A DNA stretch of 64,000 nucleotides. Source: Patulibacter sp. Its GTDB lineage: Bacteria; Actinomycetota; Thermoleophilia; Solirubrobacterales; Solirubrobacteraceae. Position numbers and translations under genes: made by a program. The stretch spans positions 5-64,004 of the forward strand of contig JBQGEK010000025.1 in NCBI GenBank assembly GCA_052039575.1. The letters run 5' to 3'. The notes beneath the pieces were generated by a model. It ran no database searches. It saw nothing but the letters and a program-made list of their open reading frames with translations, and was not told the DNA's origin. This document shows, piece by piece, positions 50,081 through 60,314 of the stretch (position 1 is the stretch's first letter; every line of letters begins with the position of its first letter).

Positions 50081-53000
50081 ATGACCGAACGTCGCCGCAA
50101 TTACCTCGTTCTCCTGCTCGTCGCCGTCCTGCTGATCGCCTCTGGCGTGATCATCACGACCAAGCCGACGAAGCTAGGACTAGACCTCCAGGGTGGAGTG
50201 CAGCTGATCTATCAGGTCAGTCCGACCCGAGGCGAGGAGCTGACGGACGACGCGATCCAGCGGACGATCGACGTCATGCAGGACCGCATCAACCAGTACG
50301 GCATCGGCGAAGCCGAGGTCCAGCGGTCCGGCAGTGACCAGATCGACGTCTCGCTGCCGGCGATCGACAACCCGGACGAGGCCCGGAACCGCGTCGGGAC
50401 CACCGCCCAGCTGGCGTTCTACGACTGGGAGACCAACGTCGTCGGTCCGGACGGCGAGCCGGTTCCGACCGATCCCGCGATCACGGGCGGCTCGGCCGCG
50501 GCGAGCGCTCGCAGCACCGCATCGATCACGCAGTACGAGGCCGTCACCCGCGGAGCGAAGCTCGAACCCAACGTCGACGAGCGCTTCCCGCCGCTGGTCG
50601 GCGACCAGTACTACCTCGTCAACAACAAGGACGAGAAGGTCCTGGGCGGACCGTTCAACAGCGTCGAGAGCCTCAAGCAGGACCGCGGGCTCCAGCCCCA
50701 GTTCGACGACGCCGGCGAGCCGCGATCGGACGACGTCGAGATCGTCACGGTGCCCGAGGGCTACCGGGTGCTCCGCGCCGAGCAGGAGATCAACTCCGAC
50801 GGCGAGGCGATCCCGGTCGGCGACAAGTACTTCCTGATCCAGGACCGTCCCGCGCTGCGGGGCCAGGACATCCGGAACCCGGCCGCCAGCATCGATACCT
50901 CCGGTCCGCGTCGCGATCCCGTCGTCGTCTTCGAGTTCAGCGACAACGGCAAGCGGATCTGGAAGGACGTCACCGGCGGCATCGCCCAGCGCGGTGCCGA
51001 CAACTGCATCTTCCAGCAGGGCGAGACGCAGCAGATGCGGATGCAGCGCTGCGCCAACCACTTCGCGATCGCGTTGGACAACAACCTGATCTCGTCGCCG
51101 TACATCGACTTCGAGGCGTACCCCGAGGGGATCAGCGGCAACACGGGGTCGCAGATCGGCGGAGCCGGCAGCTTCACCAACCAGTCGGCCCAAGCGCTGG
51201 CCGACCTGCTCAAGTCCGGTTCGCTGCCGCTCGAGCTCGCGATCATCTCGCAGCAGCAGGTCTCCGCCACCCTCGGCCAGGAGGCACTCGACGAAGGCCT
51301 GGTCGCCGGTGTCGCCGGCTTCATCGTCGTCGCGCTGTTCCTGATCCTCTTCTACCGCGTGCTCGGCGTGATCTCCGTGATCGGCCTGATCGCGTACACG
51401 ATCTTCTTCCTGGCGGTGGTCAAGGTCATACCGATCGTGATGACCCTGCCGGGCATCGCGGGCCTGATCCTGACCATCGCGGTCGCGGCGGACGCCAACG
51501 TCGTCATCTTCGAGCGCTTCAAGGACGAGCTCCAAGCGGGCCGGTCGATCCAGCGCTCGATCAAGGACGGCTACCGCAAGGGCCTCAGCGCGATCATCGA
51601 CGGCAGCGTGATCACGTTCCTCGTCGCGTTCGTGCTGTTCATGGTCGCGACCGCGGGCGTCAAGGGCTTCGCCTTCACCCTCGGCATCGGCGTGATGCTC
51701 TCGCTGGTCACCGCGGTCGTGCTGACGCGGGCGATCATGGGGATCCTCTCGCGGTCCCGCGTGATCACGAACCCCACGCTGCTCGGTGCGCGTAAGCGCA
51801 ATCCGATCTGGCACCGGTTCGACTTCATGGGCTACGCCCGCTGGTTCTTTGCCGCTTCCGGCGTGGTGCTCGCGCTCGGCGCGGGGGCGATCGCGGTCAA
51901 GGGGATCAACCTCAGCATCGACTTCGAGTCCGGCACGCAGATCAAGCTGACCGCACCGGCCGGATCGACCGTCACGGACGTCCGCGACGCGATGCGCGGC
52001 GTGGGGTACGCCGACGCCAAGATCCAGGCGGTCGGCTCGCCGGGCCAGGACGGCGTCAGCTTCCAGGTCTCGACCGAGGCGCTGTCGACGCAGCAGGAGC
52101 GGCAGGTCGCCGAGCAGCTGCAGTCGGCCCTGGACGTCGACCCGGCCGAGCTGAACACGAACACCGTCGGACCGACGTTCGGCCAGACGGTCGCGAACTC
52201 GGCGATCATCGCGCTCGTCGTCTCGTTCGCGTTGATCGCGTTCGTGATCTGGTTCCGGTTCGGGCTGAGATTCACCACGCCAATCCTGATCGCGGTGATC
52301 CACGATCTCTTGATCACCGCGGGCATCTACGCCGCGACGGGCGCCGAGGTGTCGGCGTCGACGGTGGCCGCCCTTTTGACGATCATCGGCTATTCGCTCT
52401 ACGACACGATCATCGTGTTCGACCGCGTCCGCGAGAACATCAAGAGATTGCCGTCGGCGGCGATCAGTCAGATCGTCAACCGCGCGATGAGCGAGGTTCT
52501 CGGTCGATCCCTGGTGACCTCGTTCTCGACGGCACTGCCGGTGCTCGCGCTGCTGCTGTTCGGCGGAGACACGCTGAAGGACTTCGCGCTCGCAATGCTG
52601 ATCGGCACGATCTCCGGTGCGTACTCATCGGTGTTCATCGCGGCGCCGGTGCTGACCGAGGCGCTCGAACGGGCGCCGCAGTTCCGGGCCCGCCGCAAGC
52701 GCATCGAGGCGATGCACGGCGGCGTGCTGCCGCCCTATCCGGACAGCAATTCGCCCGAAGTGGACCTCGATGCGTCCGGGAAGAAGCGCAAGGGGTCGCG
52801 CGTCACCGCGTCCGAGGTCCCGGGTGCCCAGGTCAGCAAGGACGAGTTCCAGGAGATGGTCGACGAGCTCGGGATCGACGCCAGCGAGCAGCCCGCGTCC
52901 GGTACCGGGATCAAGACCGGGATGGGCGCGCCGAAGCCGCAGCGGCAGACCAAGCAGTCGAAGCGGCAGCAGGAAGCCGAGGCGGCGGCCGCCGCGACCG

Positions 53001-53140
53001 AGCAGGCCGCCGCGGACGAGCCGCCGGAGGCACCCGGCCCCGTCGAGCGGGCTCCCGACCTGTCCCCCGAGGAGGTCGGATTCCGCGACGAGACCAACGG
53101 TCGCGGCAAGTCGTCCCGTCGACCCGGGAAGCGGCGCTGA
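50081..53140 (+). CDS. secDF: Fused protein translocase subunit SecDF
   Basis: KLGLDLQGG, ATLGQE, TLPGIAG, DANVVIFER, IDFESG, VGPTFG, GYSLYDTIIVFDRVREN; long disordered tail. Confidence 0.95.
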   Translation: MTERRRNYLVLLLVAVLLIASGVIITTKPTKLGLDLQGGVQLIYQVSPTRGEELTDDAIQRTIDVMQDRINQYGIGEAEVQRSGSDQIDVSLPAIDNPDEARNRVGTTAQLAFYDWETNVVGPDGEPVPTDPAITGGSAAASARSTASITQYEAVTRGAKLEPNVDERFPPLVGDQYYLVNNKDEKVLGGPFNSVESLKQDRGLQPQFDDAGEPRSDDVEIVTVPEGYRVLRAEQEINSDGEAIPVGDKYFLIQDRPALRGQDIRNPAASIDTSGPRRDPVVVFEFSDNGKRIWKDVTGGIAQRGADNCIFQQGETQQMRMQRCANHFAIALDNNLISSPYIDFEAYPEGISGNTGSQIGGAGSFTNQSAQALADLLKSGSLPLELAIISQQQVSATLGQEALDEGLVAGVAGFIVVALFLILFYRVLGVISVIGLIAYTIFFLAVVKVIPIVMTLPGIAGLILTIAVAADANVVIFERFKDELQAGRSIQRSIKDGYRKGLSAIIDGSVITFLVAFVLFMVATAGVKGFAFTLGIGVMLSLVTAVVLTRAIMGILSRSRVITNPTLLGARKRNPIWHRFDFMGYARWFFAASGVVLALGAGAIAVKGINLSIDFESGTQIKLTAPAGSTVTDVRDAMRGVGYADAKIQAVGSPGQDGVSFQVSTEALSTQQERQVAEQLQSALDVDPAELNTNTVGPTFGQTVANSAIIALVVSFALIAFVIWFRFGLRFTTPILIAVIHDLLITAGIYAATGAEVSASTVAALLTIIGYSLYDTIIVFDRVRENIKRLPSAAISQIVNRAMSEVLGRSLVTSFSTALPVLALLLFGGDTLKDFALAMLIGTISGAYSSVFIAAPVLTEALERAPQFRARRKRIEAMHGGVLPPYPDSNSPEVDLDASGKKRKGSRVTASEVPGAQVSKDEFQEMVDELGIDASEQPASGTGIKTGMGAPKPQRQTKQSKRQQEAEAAAAATEQAAADEPPEAPGPVERAPDLSPEEVGFRDETNGRGKSSRRPGKRR

Positions 53141-53193
53141 TGCGCGGCGTCGCTCTCCGCACCCCGAACCGCAGCACGTTGGAGGACTGACCG

Positions 53194-53499
53194 ATGGCCA
53201 TCCTGACCTGGATCATGATCGCGCTGGCCATCTGGCACTTCACGGTCTTCGTTCCCGACAAGTTCGCCGGCGGCATCATCGGTGCCTTCGTGGTGTCCGC
53301 GATCGGCGGCATCGTCGGCGGGTTCGTGCTCAGCGGATTCTCGTTCCCGAGTCGCGAGGCGACCGACTTCGTGACGCTGCTGCTCGGCGTCCCCGGCACG
53401 TTCATCGCGCTCGGCATCCAGTACGTGGTCGGTGCGCGGATCGAGGAGCGGCTCGAAGCCGAGGCCGCCGCCGCCGTCGCGGCGACGCCGAAGGTCTGA
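53194..53499 (+). CDS. Small Gly-rich membrane protein (3 TM)
   Basis: GGAGG RBS; hydrophobic Gly-rich helices reminiscent of the GlsB/YeaQ/YmgE family. Confidence 0.75.
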   Translation: MAILTWIMIALAIWHFTVFVPDKFAGGIIGAFVVSAIGGIVGGFVLSGFSFPSREATDFVTLLLGVPGTFIALGIQYVVGARIEERLEAEAAAAVAATPKV

Positions 53500-53509
53500 C
53501 CGCCGCACG

Positions 53510-53547
53510 CGGTACGTCGTGACTCCCGTCCGGGGCACGACGTACCG
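53510..53547. other. Hairpin overlapping the putative recJ -10 box
   Basis: CGGTACGTCGTG...CACGACGTACCG, 12-bp arms; TACCGT at 53543-53548. Confidence 0.55.
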
Positions 53548-53555
53548 TTGAGTTC

Positions 53556-55991
53556 GTGGACGTGCGCTTCGAGATCCCGCCGGCCCCGGCGGAAGCGGTC
53601 GATCTGCTGCGCGAGCAGCTCGGCATCGGCCCGGTCAGCGCGGAGGTGCTGGTCCGTCGCGGCTACGCCGATCCGGACGAGGCCCGCCGCTTCCTCGCGG
53701 CCGACGAGCACCACCCGCTCGACGCCTTCGCCGGGCTGCGCGAGGCCGCCGACGTCGTGGTGCGCCATGTCCGCGACGGGTCACGGATCGTCGTCCACGG
53801 TGACTACGACTGTGACGGCGTCTGCGCAACGGCCACGCTGATCCGGGCGCTCCGCCAGATCGGTGCCGACGCCGAATGGTTCCTGCCGCACCGCGTCGAC
53901 GACGGCTACGGCCTGGCCGCCGCCACCGTTCGGCGCCTGGCCGCCGAGGGAGTCGGCCTCGTGATCACCGTCGACTGCGGGATCACCGCCGTCGACGAGG
54001 CGGAGCTCGCGGCCGAGCTCGGACTCGGCCTGGTGATCACCGACCACCATCGGCCGCGCTCCGACGGCGTGCTGCCGGCGGTGCCGATCGTCCACCCCGG
54101 GGACGGTCGCTACCCGTGCCCGCAGCTCTGCGGCGCCGGCGTCGCATGGCGGCTGGCCGGCGCGGTCCTCGAAGCCGCCGGACGGGATCCGCGCGACGCC
54201 GACGTCGACCTCGACATCGTCGCGCTCGCCACCGTCGCCGACGTCGTCTCGCTGACCGGAGAGAACCGTTGGATCGTCCGTCAGGGGCTCCAGGCGATCG
54301 CCGACTCGCGACGCCCCGGGCTGCGGGCGCTGCTCGATGTCGCCTCCACGTCGCCCGCGGACATCGACGCGACGTCGGTCGGGTTCCGACTCGCCCCGCG
54401 GATCAATGCCGCCGGCCGGGTCGGTCACGCCGACGTCGGCGTGTCGCTGCTCCTGACCGGTGACGTCGACGAGGCACGACGGCTCGCCGGTCGTCTCGAC
54501 CAGGCCAACCTCGACCGGCGCGAGGTCGAGCGCCGGATCCTCGACGAGGCAGTGGCCCAGGCGACGGCCCAGGGCGAACAGCCGGTCTACGTGCTCGCCG
54601 GCGAGGGCTGGCACCCCGGAGTGGTCGGGATCGTCGCTTCCCGGATCGTCGAGAAGTTCGGGCGCCCCGCGGTGCTGCTCAGCATCGGCGAGCAGGAGGC
54701 CACCGGCTCGGCCCGCTCCGTCCCCGGGTTCGACCTGCTGGCCGGGCTCGACGCCTGTCGCGACCAGCTCCTCCGTCACGGGGGTCACCGAGCCGCCGCC
54801 GGCGTGGCTCTCCGTACCGAGGGGATCCCCGCATTCCGCGAAGCGCTCGCCGCGTACGCCGCGATCCACCTGGACGCCGACGCGCTGGTCCCGGTAGAGC
54901 GGGTCGACGCTGTGGTCGGCGGCGCCCAGCTCGGCATGGATCTCGCCCGGGAGCTGCAGCAGCTCGGGCCGTTCGGCGAAGGCAACCCCGAGCCGGTCCT
55001 GATGATCCCGGCGGGGCGCCCGGACGGGGTCCGGCCGCTCGGTGCCGCCGGCAACCACATCGCCTTCACGCTGCGGACTGGATCGACGCGGATCTCAGCG
55101 GTGGCCTTCGGTCGCAGCAGCCTGCCGTTGCCCGCGGACCGCAGCGTGCGGCCCGCGGACGCGCCGATCGTCGGCACCTACGTGCTGGAGCGCCACGCCT
55201 TCCGTGGCAACGTGACTCCGCGGCTGCGGGTTCGTGAGCTGTCGATCCCGGCACCCGAGCCGATCGACCGGCTCGACGGCGACCTCGCCGACACCATCCT
55301 CTCGATCCTCGACGCCGCCGATCCGTTCCCGTCGGTCGTGGCGACCGGGGCGGGACTCGATCCGTCCGCCTTCATCGACCGCTCGCACTCCGGTCCGGCC
55401 GCCACGATCGCCGCGCTGCTTGCGACGGGGGAACCGGTCACCGTCGTCACCGCCGACGCCCAGATCCGGGTGCCCCAGCTTGCCCCGGTGCTCGGCGGGT
55501 TCGCGGTCACCGACTGGTGGAGCATCACCCGTACCCCGCGGTCGCTGGACGGCACGCGGCACCTGGTCGCACTCGACCCGCCGAGTGATCCCGCGCACCT
55601 CGCCGCGCTCGACGTGCTCGACGGCGTGCACGCCTGGCGGGCCTGGGGCGACCCTGAGCTACGATTCAGTGTGGATGCGCTACGTCGCGAACACGACCTT
55701 CGACCGGCCGCGGAGCAGCTCTACCGTCGGCTGCGGGACCGCGGTGCCACCGCCGTCGGGGCGCTCTGCGCGCCCGAGTGGAGCGGCTGGTGGGCCGGCC
55801 TGGTGCTGCGAGTCCTCGAGGAGTCGGGTGCTGTCGCCGTCTGCCGCGACGAGCGCGTCGCCGCGCTCGGCACCGGTGCCGTCCGGCCGCTCGACGACGG
55901 CGCGACGCACCGCGCATGGGTCGCTCGCTGCCAGGAGCGTGTCGCATGGCTGAACGGCCGCAGCATCCCGATGCCGGCACCACCACGGTGA
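53556..55991 (+). CDS. recJ: Single-stranded-DNA-specific exonuclease RecJ with C-terminal extension
   Basis: HGDYDCDG, GYGL, ITVDCG, TDHH, ATVADV, PRINAAGR, GSARS, GGH, PFGEGNPEP. Confidence 0.94.
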   Translation: MDVRFEIPPAPAEAVDLLREQLGIGPVSAEVLVRRGYADPDEARRFLAADEHHPLDAFAGLREAADVVVRHVRDGSRIVVHGDYDCDGVCATATLIRALRQIGADAEWFLPHRVDDGYGLAAATVRRLAAEGVGLVITVDCGITAVDEAELAAELGLGLVITDHHRPRSDGVLPAVPIVHPGDGRYPCPQLCGAGVAWRLAGAVLEAAGRDPRDADVDLDIVALATVADVVSLTGENRWIVRQGLQAIADSRRPGLRALLDVASTSPADIDATSVGFRLAPRINAAGRVGHADVGVSLLLTGDVDEARRLAGRLDQANLDRREVERRILDEAVAQATAQGEQPVYVLAGEGWHPGVVGIVASRIVEKFGRPAVLLSIGEQEATGSARSVPGFDLLAGLDACRDQLLRHGGHRAAAGVALRTEGIPAFREALAAYAAIHLDADALVPVERVDAVVGGAQLGMDLARELQQLGPFGEGNPEPVLMIPAGRPDGVRPLGAAGNHIAFTLRTGSTRISAVAFGRSSLPLPADRSVRPADAPIVGTYVLERHAFRGNVTPRLRVRELSIPAPEPIDRLDGDLADTILSILDAADPFPSVVATGAGLDPSAFIDRSHSGPAATIAALLATGEPVTVVTADAQIRVPQLAPVLGGFAVTDWWSITRTPRSLDGTRHLVALDPPSDPAHLAALDVLDGVHAWRAWGDPELRFSVDALRREHDLRPAAEQLYRRLRDRGATAVGALCAPEWSGWWAGLVLRVLEESGAVAVCRDERVAALGTGAVRPLDDGATHRAWVARCQERVAWLNGRSIPMPAPPR

Positions 55992-58411
55992 CCGTTCCGG
56001 CGCTCGACGCCGCCGACGAAGGCAACGGCCTCGATCCGATCGCCGTCACCGACGCGAGCTCGCGGGAGCGGCTCGGCGTCGTCGAGGAGTCGCCGGCGAC
56101 ACCGGTCGAAGACCAGCCCGAGGTCACCGAGGGCCGGTCCGACGACCTGACCGCCGAAGAGCTGTCGCTGCGCGCCGACCTGCACGCCGTGATCCAGGAG
56201 CACGCCGGCGTGGAGGAGGGCCGAGAGCGGATCGACCTGACCGTCCTCGACGACGCCTTCCGGTTCTCCTGCCTGCACCACCGGCCCCAGCGGCGCAAGT
56301 CGGGGGAGCCGTTCATCGCCCACCCCGTCGAGGTCGCCAAGATCTGCGCAGGGATGCGGCTCGACACCGAGGCCGTGGTCGCCGCCCTGCTTCACGACAC
56401 CGTGGAGGACACGGCCGCGGAGCTCGAGGAGATCGAGTCGCGCTACGGCACCACGGTGCGGCTGCTCGTCGACGGCGTGACCAAGCTCGACGGGATCCAG
56501 TTCACGTCGCGCGACGAGGCGCAGGCGGAGAACTACCGCAAGATGGTCGTCGCGATGGCCGCCGACGTGCGGGTCATCCTGATCAAGCTCGCCGACCGTC
56601 TGCACAACGCCCGCACGCTGGCCGCGCACAAGCGCCCCAAGCAGGTCGAGATCGCGAAGGAGACGCTCGAGGTCTACGCGCCGATCGCGCACCGGCTCGG
56701 TATCCACGCGATCAAGTGGGAACTCGAGGATCTCGCCTTCGGCACCCTGCATCCGCGCAAGTACCAAGAGATCAAGGGCCTGGTCAATCAGCAGCGCGGC
56801 GAGCGCGAGACCTACGTCGCCAAGGCCGGCGAGTACCTGCGGAGCGAGCTGACGTCCGTCGGGATCGAGGCCGAGATCTCCGGCCGCGCCAAGCACTTCT
56901 ACTCGATCTACCAGAAGATGACCCGCAAGGGTCGTGAGTTCAACGAGATCTACGACCTCACCGCGATGCGCGTGATCGTCGACTCGGTGAACGACTGCTA
57001 CGGCACGATCGGCGTGATCCACTCGCTGTGGAAGCCGCTGCCGCGACGGTTCAAGGACTTCGTCGCGATGCCGAAGGCCAACATGTACCAGTCGCTGCAC
57101 ACGACCGTGGTCGGTCCCGAGGGGCAGCCGCTGGAGATCCAGGTCCGCACCCACGAGATGCAGCGGACCGCCGAGTACGGCGTCGCGGCGCACTGGATGT
57201 ACAAGCAGCGGGCCGGCGGCGCGCCCGCCGGCGGTCGCGGCCCCGAGCCGGACCAGAAGGCGCCGAAGGACGACGGCGACCGCTACAACTGGCTGCGCGC
57301 GATGCTCGACACCTCGCGCGACAACGACGATCCGCAGGAGTTCATGGACGACCTGCGGGTCGCCCTGTTCGAGGACGAGGTCTACGTCTTCACGCCGAAG
57401 GGCGACGTCAAGTCGCTGTCCCGCGGCGCCACCCCCGTCGACTTCGCCTACGAGGTCCACACCGACGTCGGGCACCGCTGTGTCGGAGCGAAGGTCAACG
57501 GCAAGATCGTGCCGCTGACCTACACGCTCCGCTCCGGCGACATCGTCGACATCCTCACCGCCAACCGCGAGCGTGGACCCTCGCGCGACTGGCTCAACGT
57601 CGCCCAGACCAGCCGGGCCCGCAGCAAGATCAAGGCCTGGTTCAAGGCCGTCGGTCGCGAGGACTCCGAGCACCTCGGTCGCGAGCTGCTGCAGGAGCAG
57701 CTGCGCAAGGCCGGTCTCCCCGCCCAACGTCTCGTCGGCTCGCCGTTGCTCGCCGACGTGATCAAGGAGATGGGCTACAAGAAGGGCGACGACTTCTACA
57801 TCGCCGTCGGCGGCGGCAAGGTCTCGCCGCGGGTCGTCGCCAACAAGGTCCTCAAGCACCTCAAGGAGGGAGAGGCAGCCGACGACGAGGCGGCCTCCGG
57901 ACCCGTCGAGGCCCTGCTCCGTCCTGACGTCGCCCGACGTCAGCCGACCGGCACCGCCAAGAGCTACGGCGTGACCGTCGACGGCGTCGACGACGTGATG
58001 CTGCGGATGGCGAAGTGCTGCCGTCCGGTCCCCGGCGATCCGATCGTCGGCTACGTCTCGCTCGGTCGCGGCATCACGATCCACCGCGACGACTGCAAGA
58101 ACGCCCAGCAGCTGCGCAAGGATCCCGAGCGATTCGTGCCGGTCGACTGGGCTGGGCAGCATCAGCAGTCGTTCAAGGTCGAGCTCCAGGTCGACGGCTA
58201 CGACCGTCACCGCCTGCTCGAGGATCTGACCCGGGTCTTCGCCGAAGGCGGGGTCAACATCGTCAGCGCGGTCTGCACGACCACGCCGCCGATGGTCCGC
58301 AACCGGTTCGTCGTCGAGGTGGGGGACACCAAGGTGCTCCGCACGACGATCAATCGCCTGCGGAACATCGAGTCGGTGTTCGACGCTTTCCGCATCACCC
58401 CTTCGGTCTGA
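55988..58411 (+). CDS. rel: Bifunctional (p)ppGpp synthetase/hydrolase
   Basis: RKSGEPFIAHP, LHDTVED, KLADRLHN, YQSLHT, EIQVRT, TGS (VFTPKG), AKCCRPVPGD, ACT domain; start uncertain. Confidence 0.96.
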   Translation: MTVPALDAADEGNGLDPIAVTDASSRERLGVVEESPATPVEDQPEVTEGRSDDLTAEELSLRADLHAVIQEHAGVEEGRERIDLTVLDDAFRFSCLHHRPQRRKSGEPFIAHPVEVAKICAGMRLDTEAVVAALLHDTVEDTAAELEEIESRYGTTVRLLVDGVTKLDGIQFTSRDEAQAENYRKMVVAMAADVRVILIKLADRLHNARTLAAHKRPKQVEIAKETLEVYAPIAHRLGIHAIKWELEDLAFGTLHPRKYQEIKGLVNQQRGERETYVAKAGEYLRSELTSVGIEAEISGRAKHFYSIYQKMTRKGREFNEIYDLTAMRVIVDSVNDCYGTIGVIHSLWKPLPRRFKDFVAMPKANMYQSLHTTVVGPEGQPLEIQVRTHEMQRTAEYGVAAHWMYKQRAGGAPAGGRGPEPDQKAPKDDGDRYNWLRAMLDTSRDNDDPQEFMDDLRVALFEDEVYVFTPKGDVKSLSRGATPVDFAYEVHTDVGHRCVGAKVNGKIVPLTYTLRSGDIVDILTANRERGPSRDWLNVAQTSRARSKIKAWFKAVGREDSEHLGRELLQEQLRKAGLPAQRLVGSPLLADVIKEMGYKKGDDFYIAVGGGKVSPRVVANKVLKHLKEGEAADDEAASGPVEALLRPDVARRQPTGTAKSYGVTVDGVDDVMLRMAKCCRPVPGDPIVGYVSLGRGITIHRDDCKNAQQLRKDPERFVPVDWAGQHQQSFKVELQVDGYDRHRLLEDLTRVFAEGGVNIVSAVCTTTPPMVRNRFVVEVGDTKVLRTTINRLRNIESVFDAFRITPSV

Positions 58412-58550
58412 TCACGAGTTCGTCCGCCGAAAGGCGGTCGAGGACCGAGCAGGTCGGTGATGAGCGCGCGAGAGCTGCACGGACGTACTGCCGAGCCTGA
58501 CCCGGTCCCGACCACCCCGCCAACCGAGATGCGACGCGTCCCCGGCCGCC

Positions 58551-59522
58551 TCAGCTCACCACGGTCAATCCGCCCGGCAGCACGCCGAGGGCGAGCTCGG
58601 AGTGCTCGCCGATGAAGTCGCCGTCGACCTGGGCCGGCAGTGGGCGGCCGTCCTCGCTGCGGATCCGCCCCGAGATCACCGGCCCGGTCGGATCGACCGC
58701 GCGGTGGCCGGTCAGGTCGAGCGTTCCCGAGATCGCGCGGACCGTGATCCCGGGCATGATCGTCGGACGGGTGTGGCGCATCACCGCACCGGTGATCGCG
58801 CCGCTGTGCAACCCCTCGCCGTTCAGCAGCCGGATCGGGCGCGACATGAAGAACGTGAACGCGTCGGCGTTCTGGAAGATCGCCGTCGCGCCGCGTACGG
58901 TCTCACCGCCCTCGACCTCGAGCGCGAACCGTGGCCCGTGGACCATGTAGCGGCTGACGAACGTCGAGACTGCGGCCGTCGCGTAGTACCACGGGCCGAG
59001 CCGTGCCTTCAGCCGGGGACGGCGGTCGACCTGGTCGACGACGCTGGCGTCCAGCCCGACCCCGGCGGCGAACGTGAAGTAGCGGTCTCCGAGCAGCCCC
59101 AGGTCGACCGTGCGCGGGTGCCACCGGTCGGCGAGCGCGAGCACGTGCTCGGTTGCGTCGATGATGTTCTTCGGCATGCCGATCAGCCGGTGGTAGACGT
59201 TGGTCGCGCCGCCGGGCAGCGGGATCAGCGGCACGCCGGTGCCGGCCAGGCCGTTGGCGGCCTCGTTGACGGTGCCGTCGCCGCCGAGCGTGATCACCGC
59301 GTCGACGCCGGAAGCCGCAGCGTCACGGGCCAGCTCGCTGGCGTGCCGCGGCGCCTCGGTGTCGACAGGCTCGACGTCGAACCGGTGCGACAGCGCGTGG
59401 ACGACCAGGCTGCGCAGCCGGGGATCGGTCGTCGTGGCGTGGGGGTTGACGATCACCGCAGCGCGACGGCGCTGCGGTGCGATCAGGGCCGAGGCGTCGG
59501 GAGACGGCGAAGGGTCGGACAC
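58551..59522 (-). CDS. Diacylglycerol kinase family lipid kinase
   Basis: IVNP, LGGDGTVNE, PGGATN, AGVGLDA, QVDGD; start uncertain (ORF extends to 59591). Confidence 0.9.
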   Translation of the reverse strand: MSDPSPSPDASALIAPQRRRAAVIVNPHATTTDPRLRSLVVHALSHRFDVEPVDTEAPRHASELARDAAASGVDAVITLGGDGTVNEAANGLAGTGVPLIPLPGGATNVYHRLIGMPKNIIDATEHVLALADRWHPRTVDLGLLGDRYFTFAAGVGLDASVVDQVDRRPRLKARLGPWYYATAAVSTFVSRYMVHGPRFALEVEGGETVRGATAIFQNADAFTFFMSRPIRLLNGEGLHSGAITGAVMRHTRPTIMPGITVRAISGTLDLTGHRAVDPTGPVISGRIRSEDGRPLPAQVDGDFIGEHSELALGVLPGGLTVVS

Positions 59523-59599
59523 GTGTTCTTTGGACACCACGGTTGCCGGGAAGTTACGCCAACCCGGAGCATGACCCGCGGAAAGTACCATCGTTCGTC

Positions 59600-60292
59600 G
59601 TGACGCTCGACGCCGATCCCGTCCTCCACCGCATCGCCCGCTTCTGGGACGCGCGCGGCCGGGAGGACGCGCGCCGGTACTCGGTGCCCGGAGGGCTCCC
59701 GACCGACGAGCCGTCGTTCGCCGCTTCCGGCGAGCAGCTGGTCGACGCGCTCGGGACGCTGGTCGGCTGGACGCCCGACGCGGAAGCGACGGTGGCCGAG
59801 ATCGGCTGCGGCGCGGGCCGGATCAGCGGCGCGCTTGCGCCCCGGGTCGCGCGGGTCGTCGCCTACGACATCTCCCGGACGATGCTCGCGGTGGCCCGCG
59901 ACCGCCTGCCGCAGGTCGACAACGTCTCCTGGTGCCACGGACACGCGGCCGGGCTGTCGGCCGAGGTCGAGGAGACCTTCGATGCGGTGCTGATGATCGG
60001 CGTCCTGGTCCACCTTCCGGAGCCGGAGGACCTGATCCTCGCGATCGAGGAAGCGACCCGGATCACGGTCGCCGGCGGCGTGGTGATCTTCGACCTGCGA
60101 CTCGTGCCGGATCCCCTCCGGCTGCCCGGAGAGGACGCCGTGCCGCCCCACGTGGCCGACCATCCGATCTGGCAGGGCCGAGCGGCCGACCTGGAGACCG
60201 TCGCCGCCGTCGCCCAGCAGTCCGGGCTGGAGCTCGAGCGGATCGTCGGGTCGGAGACCGGACGCTGCCTGGTGCTCGCGCGACGGCTCTGA
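59600..60292 (+). CDS. Class I SAM-dependent methyltransferase
   Basis: EIGCGAGR, YDISRTML, FDAV, VLVHLP. Confidence 0.85.
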   Translation: MTLDADPVLHRIARFWDARGREDARRYSVPGGLPTDEPSFAASGEQLVDALGTLVGWTPDAEATVAEIGCGAGRISGALAPRVARVVAYDISRTMLAVARDRLPQVDNVSWCHGHAAGLSAEVEETFDAVLMIGVLVHLPEPEDLILAIEEATRITVAGGVVIFDLRLVPDPLRLPGEDAVPPHVADHPIWQGRAADLETVAAVAQQSGLELERIVGSETGRCLVLARRL

Positions 60293-60314
60293 CGCTCGCC
60301 GCCGTCGCGAGAAC

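Noticed and set aside
59516-59529. SOS-like CGGAC-ACGT-GTTCT at the lipid kinase start
   Set aside because: Mismatched, overlaps coding sequence and has no repair-related context; likely chance.
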